A stretch of DNA of 64,000 nucleotides from Heptranchias perlo (taxonomy: Eukaryota): positions 21,824,001-21,888,000 of the forward strand of contig NC_090355.1 of NCBI RefSeq assembly GCF_035084215.1. The letters run 5' to 3'. Both the position numbers and the translations under genes were made by a program. This document shows, piece after piece, positions 50,821 through 63,217 of this stretch (position 1 is the stretch's first letter; each line of letters opens with the position of its first letter). The notes beneath the pieces are model-generated. The model had not been told where the DNA came from and did no database searches. It worked only from the letters and a program-made list of their open reading frames with translations.

Positions 50821-51661
50821 ATCCAATCAAATTACGAACTGTGCTAACACAAAGCTAAACAGTTAGTTAGCTTTCTACATGATGCAACCTGTAGAATTTC
50901 TGTAAAACTCATTCTCCAGGGTACCAGTCAGCTTTTAAATGTAGTTATTAGAATTAGATGTGCACAGCAGTAACCCCAATGATTGCAAAGAACATTTGAA
51001 TGTTTACTCCTATCAGAACACGAGTGCAAGTATGACTAGGAACATAACTTCTGTTTTGTGGAATAAGGAGGCAGTCATTGGTTTGTTTGGTGGGTTAGGC
51101 ACTGGACTCTGGCGACCCTGCTGAAATCCAGCTCAGACTGATGGGATGACAAGTGTGGAGCAACAGCATAAAATTCCCCTGAATTCAACAACCCCACTCA
51201 GAGTCCAAAGGATGGCTGTTAAGGAAAAATATCACATTGGTGCATTGGAGAAACTCTTCTAGAATAAAGCAACCAAAATAGAAAATATTCCATTCCTAAG
51301 CACCAATATCCCCACCTTGATAATGCAAAATACCATGCATAAGTTTATAGAAATCACCTTTAGGGACTGCATATTATACAAAAACCAAAATGAACCCAAC
51401 TTAAAAACAGATCTGCACCAACCATAGTCCCCAATGTAACATGAAGAAGCCACTATTTTCAGCTCTAAATTAAACATACGGCTGCAGCCTGGCTCGTATT
51501 GAAGAGGGAAATTCTAAATTAGCATTTAAGAAGTAGATTCAAAGCATAATTAAAAATTGTTAAGCAGCTATACATTTCTGAAGTCAGTTATTGTCAGCCT
51601 GGAGTAGCTGCACTTCGAGGAACAAAAGATTAAACTTCGTATCAACGTAAAATAAACTCAC

Positions 51662-51757
51662 CTGTCCATGTATGTCCCCACAGACAGTCACTGGTGTAGA
51701 TACTGGCTGAACATTAGACTCTTCCAAAAGCAAGTCACATACATAGTCACACAGTCG
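51662..51757 (-). CDS. PPP6C: PPP6C exon 2 ([32 protein letters not shown])
   Basis: PPP-family GDIHG motif; AG acceptor and GTGAG donor; 96 nt. Confidence 0.97.
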
Positions 51758-52809
51758 CTAAAGGATAAAATAAATTACTTCAATCAATAAAGTTAAAACC
51801 ACCAAATTTCTAAAGAAAGTCAAATACACATGCTCCGAAAAATAGCAGGTCAATCAATAACCACTCAATATAGTTATGGGCTCAATGGACAGTGCGAATG
51901 GTTGTCAATTTCTACAGTCTGCCTATTCCGCCAAGGGTCCTGCTTGGAGATAAAATTTACAAAGCTACTACACATTTTCTTCAGAATTACGTAACTGCAA
52001 TTCTTAACTCCTAAGGACAATGGTGTTAATTATCTGTCTAACAAAGTAAGTATTAAAAGAGCATTTCTTGACTTACTAAAACATCTGCAACATGGCTGGT
52101 TAATAAACTGTGGTCTCCCATTGCCCCCCCCCCCCCCCCACCAACAATCTCCTTTACAGGGAATCACCAAATGCCCATTTTGAAAACATGAGGCATCTAC
52201 ATTTTCTTAGTCTTCACTGCAGGAAATCTTCCAGACCCCTACTGGTACTAGAGATGGCAGTGACTGTAACATGGAGCGACTGCTCTAGTCTCAACAGCCG
52301 CACACCCCCCTCTCCGGCCAATCATCACCTCTTGCAGTAGCAGAGCTATCCTGGTGCTCCAATGCGATATTACATCACACCTTCATGACTACTTATTTCA
52401 ACTCCAAGTAAACATTGTAGCGTACAAAAGCACAGAAAGCAATATAAACAAAAATAAAGCAGCTGACTGGAAATAAAGTTTTGTTTTTATAAAAAAACTT
52501 GAATAATCTTCATCTGTTTTAGAGAGCTTTGATAGGAAAGTCATCAAAATGCATCCATTTTGTGCACCAGAACCAACATAAACAAATTGGGAAGCATGAT
52601 TCAATAAGTGCCTTACAACTAATCTTCCTTCATCCACTAAAATAAACCCTTTAGTTTTCTAACATTTATAATCTTAGACAAAGTAGAATGCACAAAAATC
52701 TGACTTGTAAAAAATTTTTTTTAAAACATGAGCAAGGAAAAAAGCTACAAACCCAAGAATGTCCCTGAAACTCGAGTGGATAGCTACCTGGCATAACAGA
52801 CAAGAATTG

Positions 52810-53025
52810 GAGAAGTGCAGACATCTCAGAGGATTGTAGGACTGGAGGAGGTTACAGAGGTAGGGAGGGGCGAGGTCATGGAGGGATTTGAAAACAAGGA
52901 TGAGAATTTTAAAACTGAGGCATTCCCAGCGGGAGCCAATGTTGGTCAGCGAGCAAAGGGGTGATGGGTTAACAGGACTTGGTGCGAGGTAGGTAAACGG
53001 GTAGAGTTTTGGATGAGCTCAAGCT
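52810..53025 (-). mobile_element. L2-like LINE fragment
   Basis: Reverse complement matches the L2-like piece at 12430-12545 (TTTTAAAATTCTC, CTCGCCCCTCC). Confidence 0.7.
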
Positions 53026-54511
53026 GTAAACATAAACCACACAGTAAAGAGAAAAAGTAGTCATTAACTAGCCCAGAGGATTTTTGTCCATTATTGAAAA
53101 TATTTAGTAACATTAGTTTACAAGACAATAAAAAACTCATCTTCTCCATAAATGTAACCAACCATCAGAATTTCTACCACTTGCCTGTATTCTCCTGGGG
53201 TTAAAGCAGAACTATAAGCAATTGAAGAGGCATGATGAATGAGAAAGTAAATATCTAATTGGGGACAGCACCAGTATTTTTGTTCCTATGTAAAAGGAAG
53301 TTACCAGCTAGAGGCAAAATATGTAAAATTGCTTTGCATTACTAAAAGCAGTTGGACAACATGCAAAAATGAATCAATAGCACAATCCATTATCATCATA
53401 TGTGTTATCCTGCATCTGATATATCTCCTTGTGCGCAGTAAGGAAGTGGTCAATACATTTAAGTGGTGTGTTAAATGTTAGCCTGTAGCAAACCTCAAAA
53501 GCTGAAGATGCTGACATTTAAAAAAAAACTGGAAATTTGGCATTGAAAGTATAAAATGTACTAAATTCAAATAAGGTAGTTGAACTGTAAAACACAAATC
53601 CACAACATTCCCCAGCATTTCTCTATTCATTTCCACTCTCATAGCAGTACTTATACCAATTTGTTACAAAATCAATGTTGCGTATAACACATTGCTGCTA
53701 TGCATGCCATACCATATTGATGTCCAGTATAAGGTCAGAGAAAAGCCGATACTAAGAACTAGATTTTAAAGTGCATTGCCAGGAAAAGCAGGTCACACCT
53801 AAACATGCACAACCACGTACGCATAAGAACATTTGTGAAGTGATACTGACTTTGAGAAACTCAGCATCGCTGGCTAGAGCTACAATTAGCACAAGTGAAG
53901 CAATTTAACAAGCCCCTGTCAGAATAGCAAAAAAGGTATAGGGAGCATGTAACTTTTCTATGATTCTCCTAAGCCTGGTAGTGGTCCCACAGCCTTAAAT
54001 TCAAGCTGTTCATTATGCAAAATTTATAATTGTAATTTGCATCATTAAGCAAGTATGATTTCAGTTGGTTTGCACTACTTCTGCCCATAACATTTACAAC
54101 ACGTAGTGATTTTCTCCATTCCAACAAGCGCTCAGTTTCAAACAAAAGCTTCACCGTACAATTTACTAACAGCATAAGCAGCAAACTAAACAGGATAGAT
54201 TTCTAGGTCTTGTGGGGACTGCAGGTTGCTCACTTGCATCATTTTAAGTAAACTGCACAATCCTCTCAATAGAACAGAAATCCAGCGCAGATGGAGAAGG
54301 AAAAGCATTTCTCCAGTGCAGAGTGTTTTTTTTAAATTCCGAACGTACGAAAAAGGACAGATAAAGACCAGCTGATCCATCAAGCCAGTCCCATCCTGGC
54401 ATGGTGTAACTTCTGCACAGTATCCACCAACATCCCTTCTTCCCCACATCATCTCCTGGAGAGACAACACCAGAGAGAAAAAAAAATGCGCCAATTTAGT
54501 TTTTTTTTTAA

Positions 54512-54846
54512 AATTCATTCTCGGGATGTAAGCATCATTGGCAAAGCTGGTATTTATTACCCTATTGACACAACGGAGTGGGTTGCTAGGTCACTACATA
54601 TGGCAGTTAAGTGTCAACCACGTTGATGTGGAACTGAAGTTACATATAGGCCAGGCAGGCTAAGGATAGCATGATTCCCACCCCAAGGGGCATCAGTTGG
54701 ATTATTACAATAAAAAACAGCTTCACAGTCACAGATTTTTTCCCCCCCCCCCCCGAATTCAGAATTCATATTCTCAAACCACCATGTTCTCCGGATTATT
54801 AGTCCAGACATCTGCATTACTAGTCCAGTAATATAACTGACACGCA
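54512..54846 (-). mobile_element. SINE-like derivative composed of the head/5'UTR and the 3' tail of the 23.1-26.4 kb LINE
   Basis: Reverse complement: TTACTGGACTAGTAATGCAG..CTGGACTAATAATCCGGAG head, 5'UTR block ending CTAGCAACCCACTC, then CAATAGGGTAATAAATACCAGC...CATCCCGAGAATGAAT tail. Confidence 0.75.
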
Positions 54847-56089
54847 TGTTGCAGTTATCAATCTAATGGCCACCTCATCCCCCAGAATGTAAGGCACCAA
54901 AAAGAGACAATATTCTTGATGTGGCCTGACCAAGGCCTGATTTGGAGGAATGACAGTATTATTGTAATAACAGTTTTATATTTAATGTTCTTGCAATACA
55001 TCCTAACACCCTATTTGCTTTTACAATTGCCTCGTGGCATTTCTCATGGACCTCCATTGACACTTTTGATGCCCAGGTACTTCTCTTGCTCAGCAGCCTT
55101 GAGCACGCAATCTTGCATGGTACACACTTACTTGAAGTTGCCCCTACGCAAATCATAAAAAACATACCCTCTGTGCCAAGAAATTTAGTCTCAACTCTAC
55201 AGTGATTTTTGGACAGTGCAATGTCAGAACATCAACATTCTGCTCCATTGCATGATACAATATGGGTTAATGGCTGATCCTGAAGTCTCAATCTTGTGTG
55301 CCATAATGCAGGAGTGCGAAAAGCTTCTGAACTGAGTAGGGCCAGTCATCAGTCTGCTCACACACCACCGAGCCACCATTGGTGGAGATCTGGGAGTAGA
55401 CACCCACCCTTTTAGTAAGGATGGTGCAAGCCATTGTTTTAAATTCAACCTTTCTCCACCAATTTTCTCACCTCCCAAAACCATCGACTTCCAAAACGAC
55501 AATCGCATGTGACCCTCGACAGTCAATGTCGGTAGGCCATCGCAGCTGAGTCCACACCCAATATTGGCACACAAGCGTTTGCAGCAGGGGCTGCTGGACA
55601 TGGAATAGGAGTGAGAACGATGACTGATTTTTCCCTCTATTACCCAGGAGTACTGAAGCTAATTGCAGCTGTTCCAATTGAAATTAGCTAACTGTGCACA
55701 AACTAGAAGAATGAACTTGGGATCTTCCTAGTCTACACTCAGCCGCTCACAGAGAGGGGCAGCAGAGGCATTGAGGGAGCCCCAAAAGAAACTTTTATTA
55801 TCCATCCATCACACCATTAGTTTATTGCATTTGTTTACATCACATGTAATTGATATTTCAGCAAAAGAATTTGGTCACACAATTAAATATTGGAATACAA
55901 ACATCAAGACTAGGTTAAATTACTGAACTGGCTTTATGACATCTATAAATTATCCCAATTCAGCTGTCCCATCTAGTGATATAAGCAGAATGGTTGCCTT
56001 GCAGGTCATTCCCACCTATAACCATCGGGATATCCAGCAGTTATTAGGGATTATCAGCATAGGTCTGGAAACATAGGTTCTGCCTCATG

Positions 56090-58095
56090 AACCTGATGAA
56101 TTCTTTGAGGAAGTGACTGGTATGCTGGTATCCTATTTATATGTTATACACCTTAATTTCCTCCTAAAATTTAGATTGTTCTTCAATTAAGTAACAGGGA
56201 GGATGATGAAAGTAGTGCAGATGATGCTGTGTATACAGACTTTCAAAAGGCGTTTGAGAAAGTGCCACATAATAGAGACCTGTTAGCAAAATCGAAGCCC
56301 ATGGGATTAAAGGGACAGTCGTATCATAGATACAAAATTGGCAAAGAGACAGAAAGCGGAGAGTAGTGGTGAACAGTTGGTCATCACACAGGAGAGAAAT
56401 AAACAGTGGTGTCCCCAGGAGTCGGTATTAAGATCACAGCCCTTTTTGATATATATTAATGAGCTGGACTTGGGTATAGGAGGCATAACTTCAAAGTTTG
56501 CAGATAACACAAAAAACTTGGAAATGCAGCTAACAGTGAGAGGGATAGCAGCAGACTTCAAGAGGACATAGACCGGTGAAATGGTGTGTGACTTGGAGGA
56601 GAACGTGCGGGTGGCGTTGTTCCCATGTGCCTGTTGCTCTCGTCCTTCTCGGTGGTAGAGGCCGCAAGTTTGGGAGGTGCTGTCGAAGAAGCCTTGGCGA
56701 GTTGCTGCAGTGCATCCTGTGAATGGTACACACTGCAGCCACTGTGTGCCGGTGGTGAAGGGAGTGAATGTTTAGGGTGGTGGATGGGGTGCCAATCAAG
56801 TGGGCTGTTTTGTCTTGGATGGTGTCGAGCTGCACTCATCCAGGCAAGTGGAGAGCATTCCATCACACTCCCAACTTGTGCCTTGTAGATGGTGGAAAGC
56901 TTTGGAGAGTCAGGAGGTGAGTCACTCGCAGCAGAATACCCAACCTCTGACCTGCTCTTGGAGCCACAGTATTTATATGGATGGTCGAGTTAAGTTTCTG
57001 GTCAATGGTGACCCCCAGGATGTTGACGGGGGATTCGGCGATGGTAATGCCGTTGAATGTCAAGGGGAGGTGGTTAGACACTCTCTTGTTGGAGATGGTC
57101 TTTGTCTGGCGCGAATGTTACTTGCCACTTATGAGCCCAAGCCTGGATGTTGTCCAGGTCTTGCTGTATGCGGGCACGGAGTGCTTCATTATCTGAGGGG
57201 TTGCGAATGGAACTGAACACTGTGCAATCATCAGCGAACATCCCCATTTCTGACCTTATGATGGAGGGAAGGTCATTGATGAAGCAGCTGAAGATGATTG
57301 GGCCTAGGACACTGCCTTGAGGGACTCCTGCAGCAATGCCCTGGGGCTGAGATGATTGGCCTCCAACTACCACTACCATCTTCCTTTGTGCTAGGTATGA
57401 CTCCAGCCACTGGAGAGTTTTCCCCCCCCGATTCCCATTGACTTCAATTTTACTAGGGCTCCTTGGTGCCACAATCGGTCAAATGCTGGCTTGATGTCAA
57501 TCATCTAATCCAGAGAAGTATGAAATGATTAATTTTGGAAGGAAGAATGAGAAGAAGCAATATAAACTAAATGGCACAATTTTAAAGAGGTTGTTGGAAG
57601 AGAGAGACCTGGGAGTTCACATACATATATCTTAGATGGTGGCAGGACGTTGATAGAAAAGCACATGGGATCCTTGGCTTTATAAATAGAGGCATAGGGT
57701 ACAAAAACAAGGAAGTTCTGCTAAACTTTTATAAATCACTGGTTCAGCCTCAGCAAGAGTATTGTGTCCAATTCTGTGTACCACAGTTTAGGAAGGATGT
57801 CAAGGTCTTGGAGAGGGTGCAGAGGAGATTAACTCGAATGGTACCAAGGACGAGGGACTTCAGTTATGTGGATAGACTGGAGAAGCAAAAGAAGGTTATG
57901 GGGAGATTTAATAGAGGTTCAAATTCTGACGGGTTTTGATATAGGAAGAAACTGTTCCCACTAGCAGGAGGGTCAGTAACCAGAGAATACAGATTTAAGA
58001 TAATTGGCAAACGAACCAGGGCAGGGGGAAAGAGATGAGGAGACATTTTTTTTTAAAACGTAGTGAGTTGTGACCTATAACATACTACCTAAAAG
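56090..58095 (+). mobile_element. CR1 LINE RT and 3' region in PPP6C intron 1, interrupted by an antisense LINE fragment
   Basis: DFQKAFEKVPH, PQES, SKFADNTK motifs; resumes after 57500. Confidence 0.88.
56581..57500 (-). mobile_element. Internal RT fragment of the tRNA-headed LINE family nested in CR1
   Basis: ORF 57074..57472 is nearly identical to ORF 25328..25885 (GVPQGSVLGP, FADD). Confidence 0.92.
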
Positions 58096-58104
58096 CAGAT
58101 TACC

Positions 58105-59192
58105 TCAGAATTAGGAGCAGGACCCGGCCCCATGAGCCGGCTCCACCATTCAACAAGATTATGGATGATCTTCTACCTCAATGCCATTTTCCTGCACTAT
58201 CCCATATCACTTGATGCCTTTAATATCTAGAAATCTATCGATCTCGGTTTTGAATATACTCAATGACTGAGCCTCCACAGCCCATGGGGTAGAGAATTCC
58301 AAAGATTCACCACCTTCAGTGAAGAAATTTCTCATCTCAGTCCTAAATAGCCTAGCCCTTATTCTGAGACTGTGACCCCAGGTTTTAGATTCCCCAGCCA
58401 GGGGAAACATCCTCCCTGCATCTACCCTGTCAAGCCCTGTAAGAATTTTGTATGTTTCAATGAGATCACCTCTCATTCTTCTAAACTCTAGAGAATACAG
58501 GCCTAATCTACTCAATCGCTCCTCATATGACAATCCCGCCATCCCAGGAATCAATCTGGTGAACCTTCGTTGCACTCACTCTATGGCAAGTATATCCTTT
58601 CTTAGGTAAGGAGACCAAAATTGAACACAATACTCCAGGTGCGGTCTCACCAAGACCCTATATAATTGCAGTCAAACATCTTTACTCCTGTACTCAATCA
58701 TCTTGTAATAAAGGCTTTCTGCGACTCATGTACAAGGACACCCAGGTCCCTTTGAACATCAACATTTCCCAATCTCTCACCATTTAAAAAAACTCTGTAT
58801 TTCTGTTTTTCCGACCAAAGTGGATAACGTCACATTTTTCCACATTATATTCCATCTGCCATGTTCTTGCCCACTCACTTAGCCTGTCTATATCCCCTTG
58901 AAGCCTCTTTGCATCCTCCTCACAACTCACATTCCCACCCAGTTTTATGTTGCCAGCAAACTTAGAAATATTACATTTGGTCCCCTCATCCAAATCATTG
59001 ATATATAGATTGTGAATACCTGGGGCCCAAGCACCTATTCCTGTGGTACCCCACTAGTCACAGTCTGCCAACCTGAAAAAGACCCATTTATTCCTACCCT
59101 GTTTTCTATCTGTCTGTTAACCAATTCTCAATCCATGCCAGTATATTACACCCAATTCCATGTGCTCTAGCTTTGTTCACCAACCTCCTGTG
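58105..59192 (-). mobile_element. CR1 LINE RT and 3' end
   Basis: ORFs 58207..58575 and 58784..58993 are typical CR1 C-terminal sequence. Confidence 0.92.
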
Positions 59193-59199
59193 AGATTAA

Positions 59200-60800
59200 A
59201 TTGTGACTGTCAAAAAAGAATTTGATATATACTTGAAAAATAAAAATTTGCAGGGCTATCGGGAAAGAACAGCAGAGTGGGACCAAATGGATAGCTCTTT
59301 CAAAGAGCCAGCACAGGCACGATGGGCCAAATGGCCTCCTTCTATCCTATAAGATTCTGTAAAGCACTACATAGTGGGCCCCGGGAAAAATTTTGTTTGT
59401 ATGTTATTATAGGACAAATATGATGCTGGAAAACTTGGATGCAGAGGGCTGTAATTAATGAGAGTGGTCGTGAATTGAACCTTGTCACAGTGGAGTTTGT
59501 TGCTGTTCACCATTTTAGTTAATGATCTGGTAAGGGTATCAAGGGATATGGATCAAAGGCGAGTAAATGGAGTTGACGTATAGATCAGCAACAACGTAAT
59601 AGAATGGAGGAACAGGTTCAAGGAGCCGAATGGCCTACTCCTGTTGCTATGATTTAGATGAAGCCATTAATGGGCTAATGTCTAGTAGATGTCCTACAAT
59701 GTGGTCATGCATTTATGTTGGGAAACTCCAAGCATATTTATACCATGCAGGGGCACTTGCTTAAGGTAATGGGTTAAGAAAGAGATCTGGGTGCAATAGC
59801 TGATCGCTCACTGAAGATGCACAAGCTGTGTGATGTGGCTATAGGGAAGCAAACAGGGTTTTTGGGCAGGATTTGCTGGAACCATCAAGTATAAACCAAA
59901 GAGCACTATACAAGGCATTGGTACGTCTGCTTTTGGGAGTAATGTGTCCAATTTTGGTCTCTGCAAATGATGAAAGGAGGTGCAAAGGAGGACAACAAGA
60001 ATGATACCTAGCTTAAGGGCTCTTAGTTGTGACGAAAGGCTCCAAGAGTTCAGGATATTTAGAGAAATGCAAGATTAAACAGAGAATATGATTGAGGTTT
60101 TTGAAATGAAGGGAGTGGACTCAGTCCACGGATAGATAATTTGAAATGAATAGGGATGAGAGGACTAGAGACCACTAGTGTGGCTAACTGGGAATCCAGA
60201 AGTAGTTAATAACATTTCTGATTAGTACATAAATTTTTTTTTAAAAAGACAGCATCGTTAGGCATTTGATCTCAATACTCATATTCCCACTGTGTAGCAC
60301 ATGTCCTTCTAACTTTTTGTGCGTTTGTTGGCAAAATGGCAAGACAAAAAAGAGTGTGCAAGTGTTTTCTGATCGATCAGTGTTTTATTTTCTTGGTTAC
60401 CGATTGGTGGTAGATATTTGTTAAGTAAATAGACACCTGTGAAGTACATTCACCTTTACTGTATGAGCGTATACAAGATATTTTCCACGAGAATTAGTGC
60501 ATGTGGCTAAAATAGTGTCACTGTAACCACACCTGTGGCTAAATCAACAACTTCCATTGGACCACACTGGGATAGATGCCAGGAAATATTCATTTCACAG
60601 TCTTTACCATCTGGAACAGACTATCAAAACATCCAGTGGGTATTGATTTCCTGAGTAAAGAACTGTAGACACTTGTCAAGTTCCTTTCTAATGAGGGCAT
60701 GTCCAGTTATATAGAAGGCAAGTTGCTAGTTAGCTGTGATTACGAGTTATGGACCTCCGCAGGCAGCTAGAGGGATTCTGAAGGGAATTTCCAATGTTTT
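59200..60800 (+). mobile_element. Cluster of CR1 3' ends and an older degraded CR1 fragment
   Basis: GGGCCAAATGGCCTCCTTCT and GCCGAATGGCCTACTCCTG tails; degenerate RDLG and CVQFW-like segments. Confidence 0.65.
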
Positions 60801-61844
60801 TTCAAAATTGGCCTCAATTTTTTCTCACCTCTTCCAGGAGGTTGCATGGTTAGGGGGTTGAGGGGTGGGGGAGGCTTGATAAAGCCAGCTATTGAAACTT
60901 ACCATACAAAAACCAACGATAGTGTTAATTTTTGTCAGATTACACTCCTGTGAAGCACTTTGCGATGCTTTACTACATTACAAGATGCTATATAAATGCA
61001 AGTAGTTGTTGTTACACTGGTTTTGTGAAACATTTTCCCAAATACTTAAACCATTTAAATCAATAGTTGCAAGTTTTTTTTTAAAAACTGCAGTATTGGC
61101 TCATCATCAGAACATTTTTGAAGAACTCAAACCATTCCACAAGTCAACTTTGAAAGCTTTCCAGCCCTGTTGCAACCAAAACATTAACACGACAGCCTCT
61201 TTTGGATTCAACATATAGTAAAATTATTTCGAATCAATTAAAACAGAAGCTAATAGCTCGAACGTGGATTGGATTTTACTGTCTGGTTAAACATTCTCAA
61301 AGTGACAAGACAAAATCTCGCAACTGAACGAAAAACCTGAGAACGTTTTCCAACCGCATCCCTTCCATCTTTTCTAAGGGATTCACTTCTTCCGGGACCA
61401 GTGGGCACCACAGGACGTTAATTGTATCGCTGATTAAACAAACCAGATGATTTCGTTGTTTGTTATTTGTGCGCATCCCAGTTTGGACTGACCACTTATG
61501 CTAGTCATGTATTAGTGGTGCCCTCCTCCGGGAGGGCTCGGCACTTGTGATGTTTTTGTTCCAGTGGCATTGGGTTAGCCCAGTGCCGCTGTAATGATCG
61601 ACCCAAAATAGTCCTAAGGGGTCCACTTCTCCCACATTATATTTAAATCAAACCCCAGAGTGCACAAGTCCTGCAGAACTTGATATACAAGACCAAAGGC
61701 CCCAAACTACAAAAATACCGCCTAAATTTGTAGTCCTGACAGCTCCCACTGCGCCGCTACAAATTTACGTGCGGACCAAGGAGTGTAATAGATTTAACAA
61801 AACAAGGACAAGAAAGAAAGTTAATAAAAGGAGAAACACGTTAC

Positions 61845-61919
61845 CTTCAAGTCATTTTCCGGGAGGTATTTGCACTGCCGAGCTATCTCCACATACTTAT
61901 CCAGGTCCAGAGGCGCCAT
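61845..61919 (-). CDS. PPP6C: Serine/threonine protein phosphatase 6 catalytic subunit, coding exon 1 ([25 protein letters not shown])
   Basis: Manual translation matches the PP6C N-terminus; ATG at 61919 in context AAAATGGCG; GT donor at 61844-61843; 75 nt. Confidence 0.97.
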
Positions 61920-62199
61920 TTTGGGACACTGACTGAGCGGGCCCCGGGCCAATGACGCGTTTCCGGTATCTAAACCGCCAGCCACAACACACCGGCCGCC
62001 CGTTGATGTCGCCGGTTGAGGCCTTTAACTCGTCACTCGACTATCGTTAATACTTCCCGATCTCTTGTTAATGGCCGGTTTTCCCCTTTTAAGATTAACC
62101 CGGTTACACACGTCACGCGGCTCTCTCATTGGCTCTTTGGACGGGAGTTTAACCCTACACTGGCCAAGCGGCGCCCTCTCCATTGGTCGGCTTCGTAGT

Positions 62200-62297
62200 A
62201 AAGTTGAAAGTTCAAGAGTTACAGGTTGCCTTAGTAACGCTAAGGGAAGGAGTTGAAGGAAGAGAGCTCAAAGCGTTCGTGTCACAGACCCGTTAGT
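62200..62297 (+). other. RABEPK: Putative non-coding exon 1 of RABEPK (5' boundary uncertain)
   Basis: GTAAGT donor at 62298-62303 just downstream of the CpG island and upstream of the first coding exon. Confidence 0.5.
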
Positions 62298-62469
62298 GTA
62301 AGTATAGCGAGTAAACGGTGCGATATCTGTTAGCCACCCGAGGTATTGGAGACAAGTATGAAAAAAGGGACCTGAAAGTTTACATCCGTGTTATATCACC
62401 AAGCAAGCCCTTCAGATTGGATGCTCATCCGCCTGTCATTTGATGTCTCGGGCCCTTTTCGTCTTTGGT

Positions 62470-62795
62470 GTATTTTTATTTTTCCCAGAAGCAAGCAGCA
62501 CACTAACTTACACATTGAACTTCCTGACGTTTGGGGAGAGTCTGCGTCTGTTCGAGTATTACAAGGAGACAATGTTACATTTAAGTCAGAGGGAGTTGTG
62601 GGTGTTAGGGCTGCTGTTAAAGCTTATTCTAAGGGGACTCAACAAGGATCTAACACTTGCCTGCTATTCGGAGGTAAAATCGAGACCATGGGATTAAAGG
62701 GTCAGTGGCAGCGTGGATACGAAATTGGCTAAGAGACAAAAAACAGAGAGTGGTGGTGAGCGGTTATTTTTCAGACGGGAGGGACGTATACAGTC
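62470..62795 (+). mobile_element. CR1 RT fragment in RABEPK intron 1
   Basis: AAAATCGAGACCATGGGATTAAAGGG...GGATACGAAATTGGCTAAGAGAC matches 56288-56375 and 28425-28530; 5' boundary uncertain. Confidence 0.65.
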
Positions 62796-63164
62796 GGTCA
62801 GTATTATGTATTTTGTATTATCTGAGTAAGATTTATATACGTTTGTCTTTGAAACTCAATCCTGAGGATTGGTAGAAAAGCTTGAGTGACTGATAAAGCA
62901 GGGATTCAAAACTACAGACAAAGTTTACAACCTGTAGCTCATGTCTTGATCTCGGCCCTGCGTCAGATTTTTAAAAAAATTATGACTTATTTTACGGGCA
63001 CATTGGGGCTCCAATATGTTTTGCCATGGATTGAATAAGTGTTTATGTTAATACAATTTAATTAGGATTAAATTATGAAGGAGTTAGTTTTTATACAGGA
63101 CAAGTAATATGAAAGTTTAATTACTCAATATCTGCTCGTTTTATTCCAGATTTATCAAGAAATT

Positions 63165-63217
63165 ATGGAATTAATGACTGTCTTGGAGCCAGAGGAAAGT
63201 CCTCAAAAAGCAACATG
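63165..63217 (+). CDS. RABEPK: Rab9 effector protein with kelch motifs, first coding exon (MELMTVLEPEESPQKAT-W); gene continues beyond the window
   Basis: Acceptor TTTTATTCCAG ending at 63149 and GT donor at 63218; peptide resembles the human N-terminus MKQLPVLEPGDKPRKATW (recalled); RABEPK is the known divergent neighbour of PPP6C. Confidence 0.85.

Larger units (their letters stand above)
61700..62350. promoter_or_regulatory. CpG-island bidirectional promoter of PPP6C and RABEPK
   Basis: High CpG density; CCAAT/ATTGG boxes (about 61949, 62128, 62182), TGACG/CGTCA half-CRE sites, TTCCGG ETS motif; lies between divergent genes. Confidence 0.85.
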
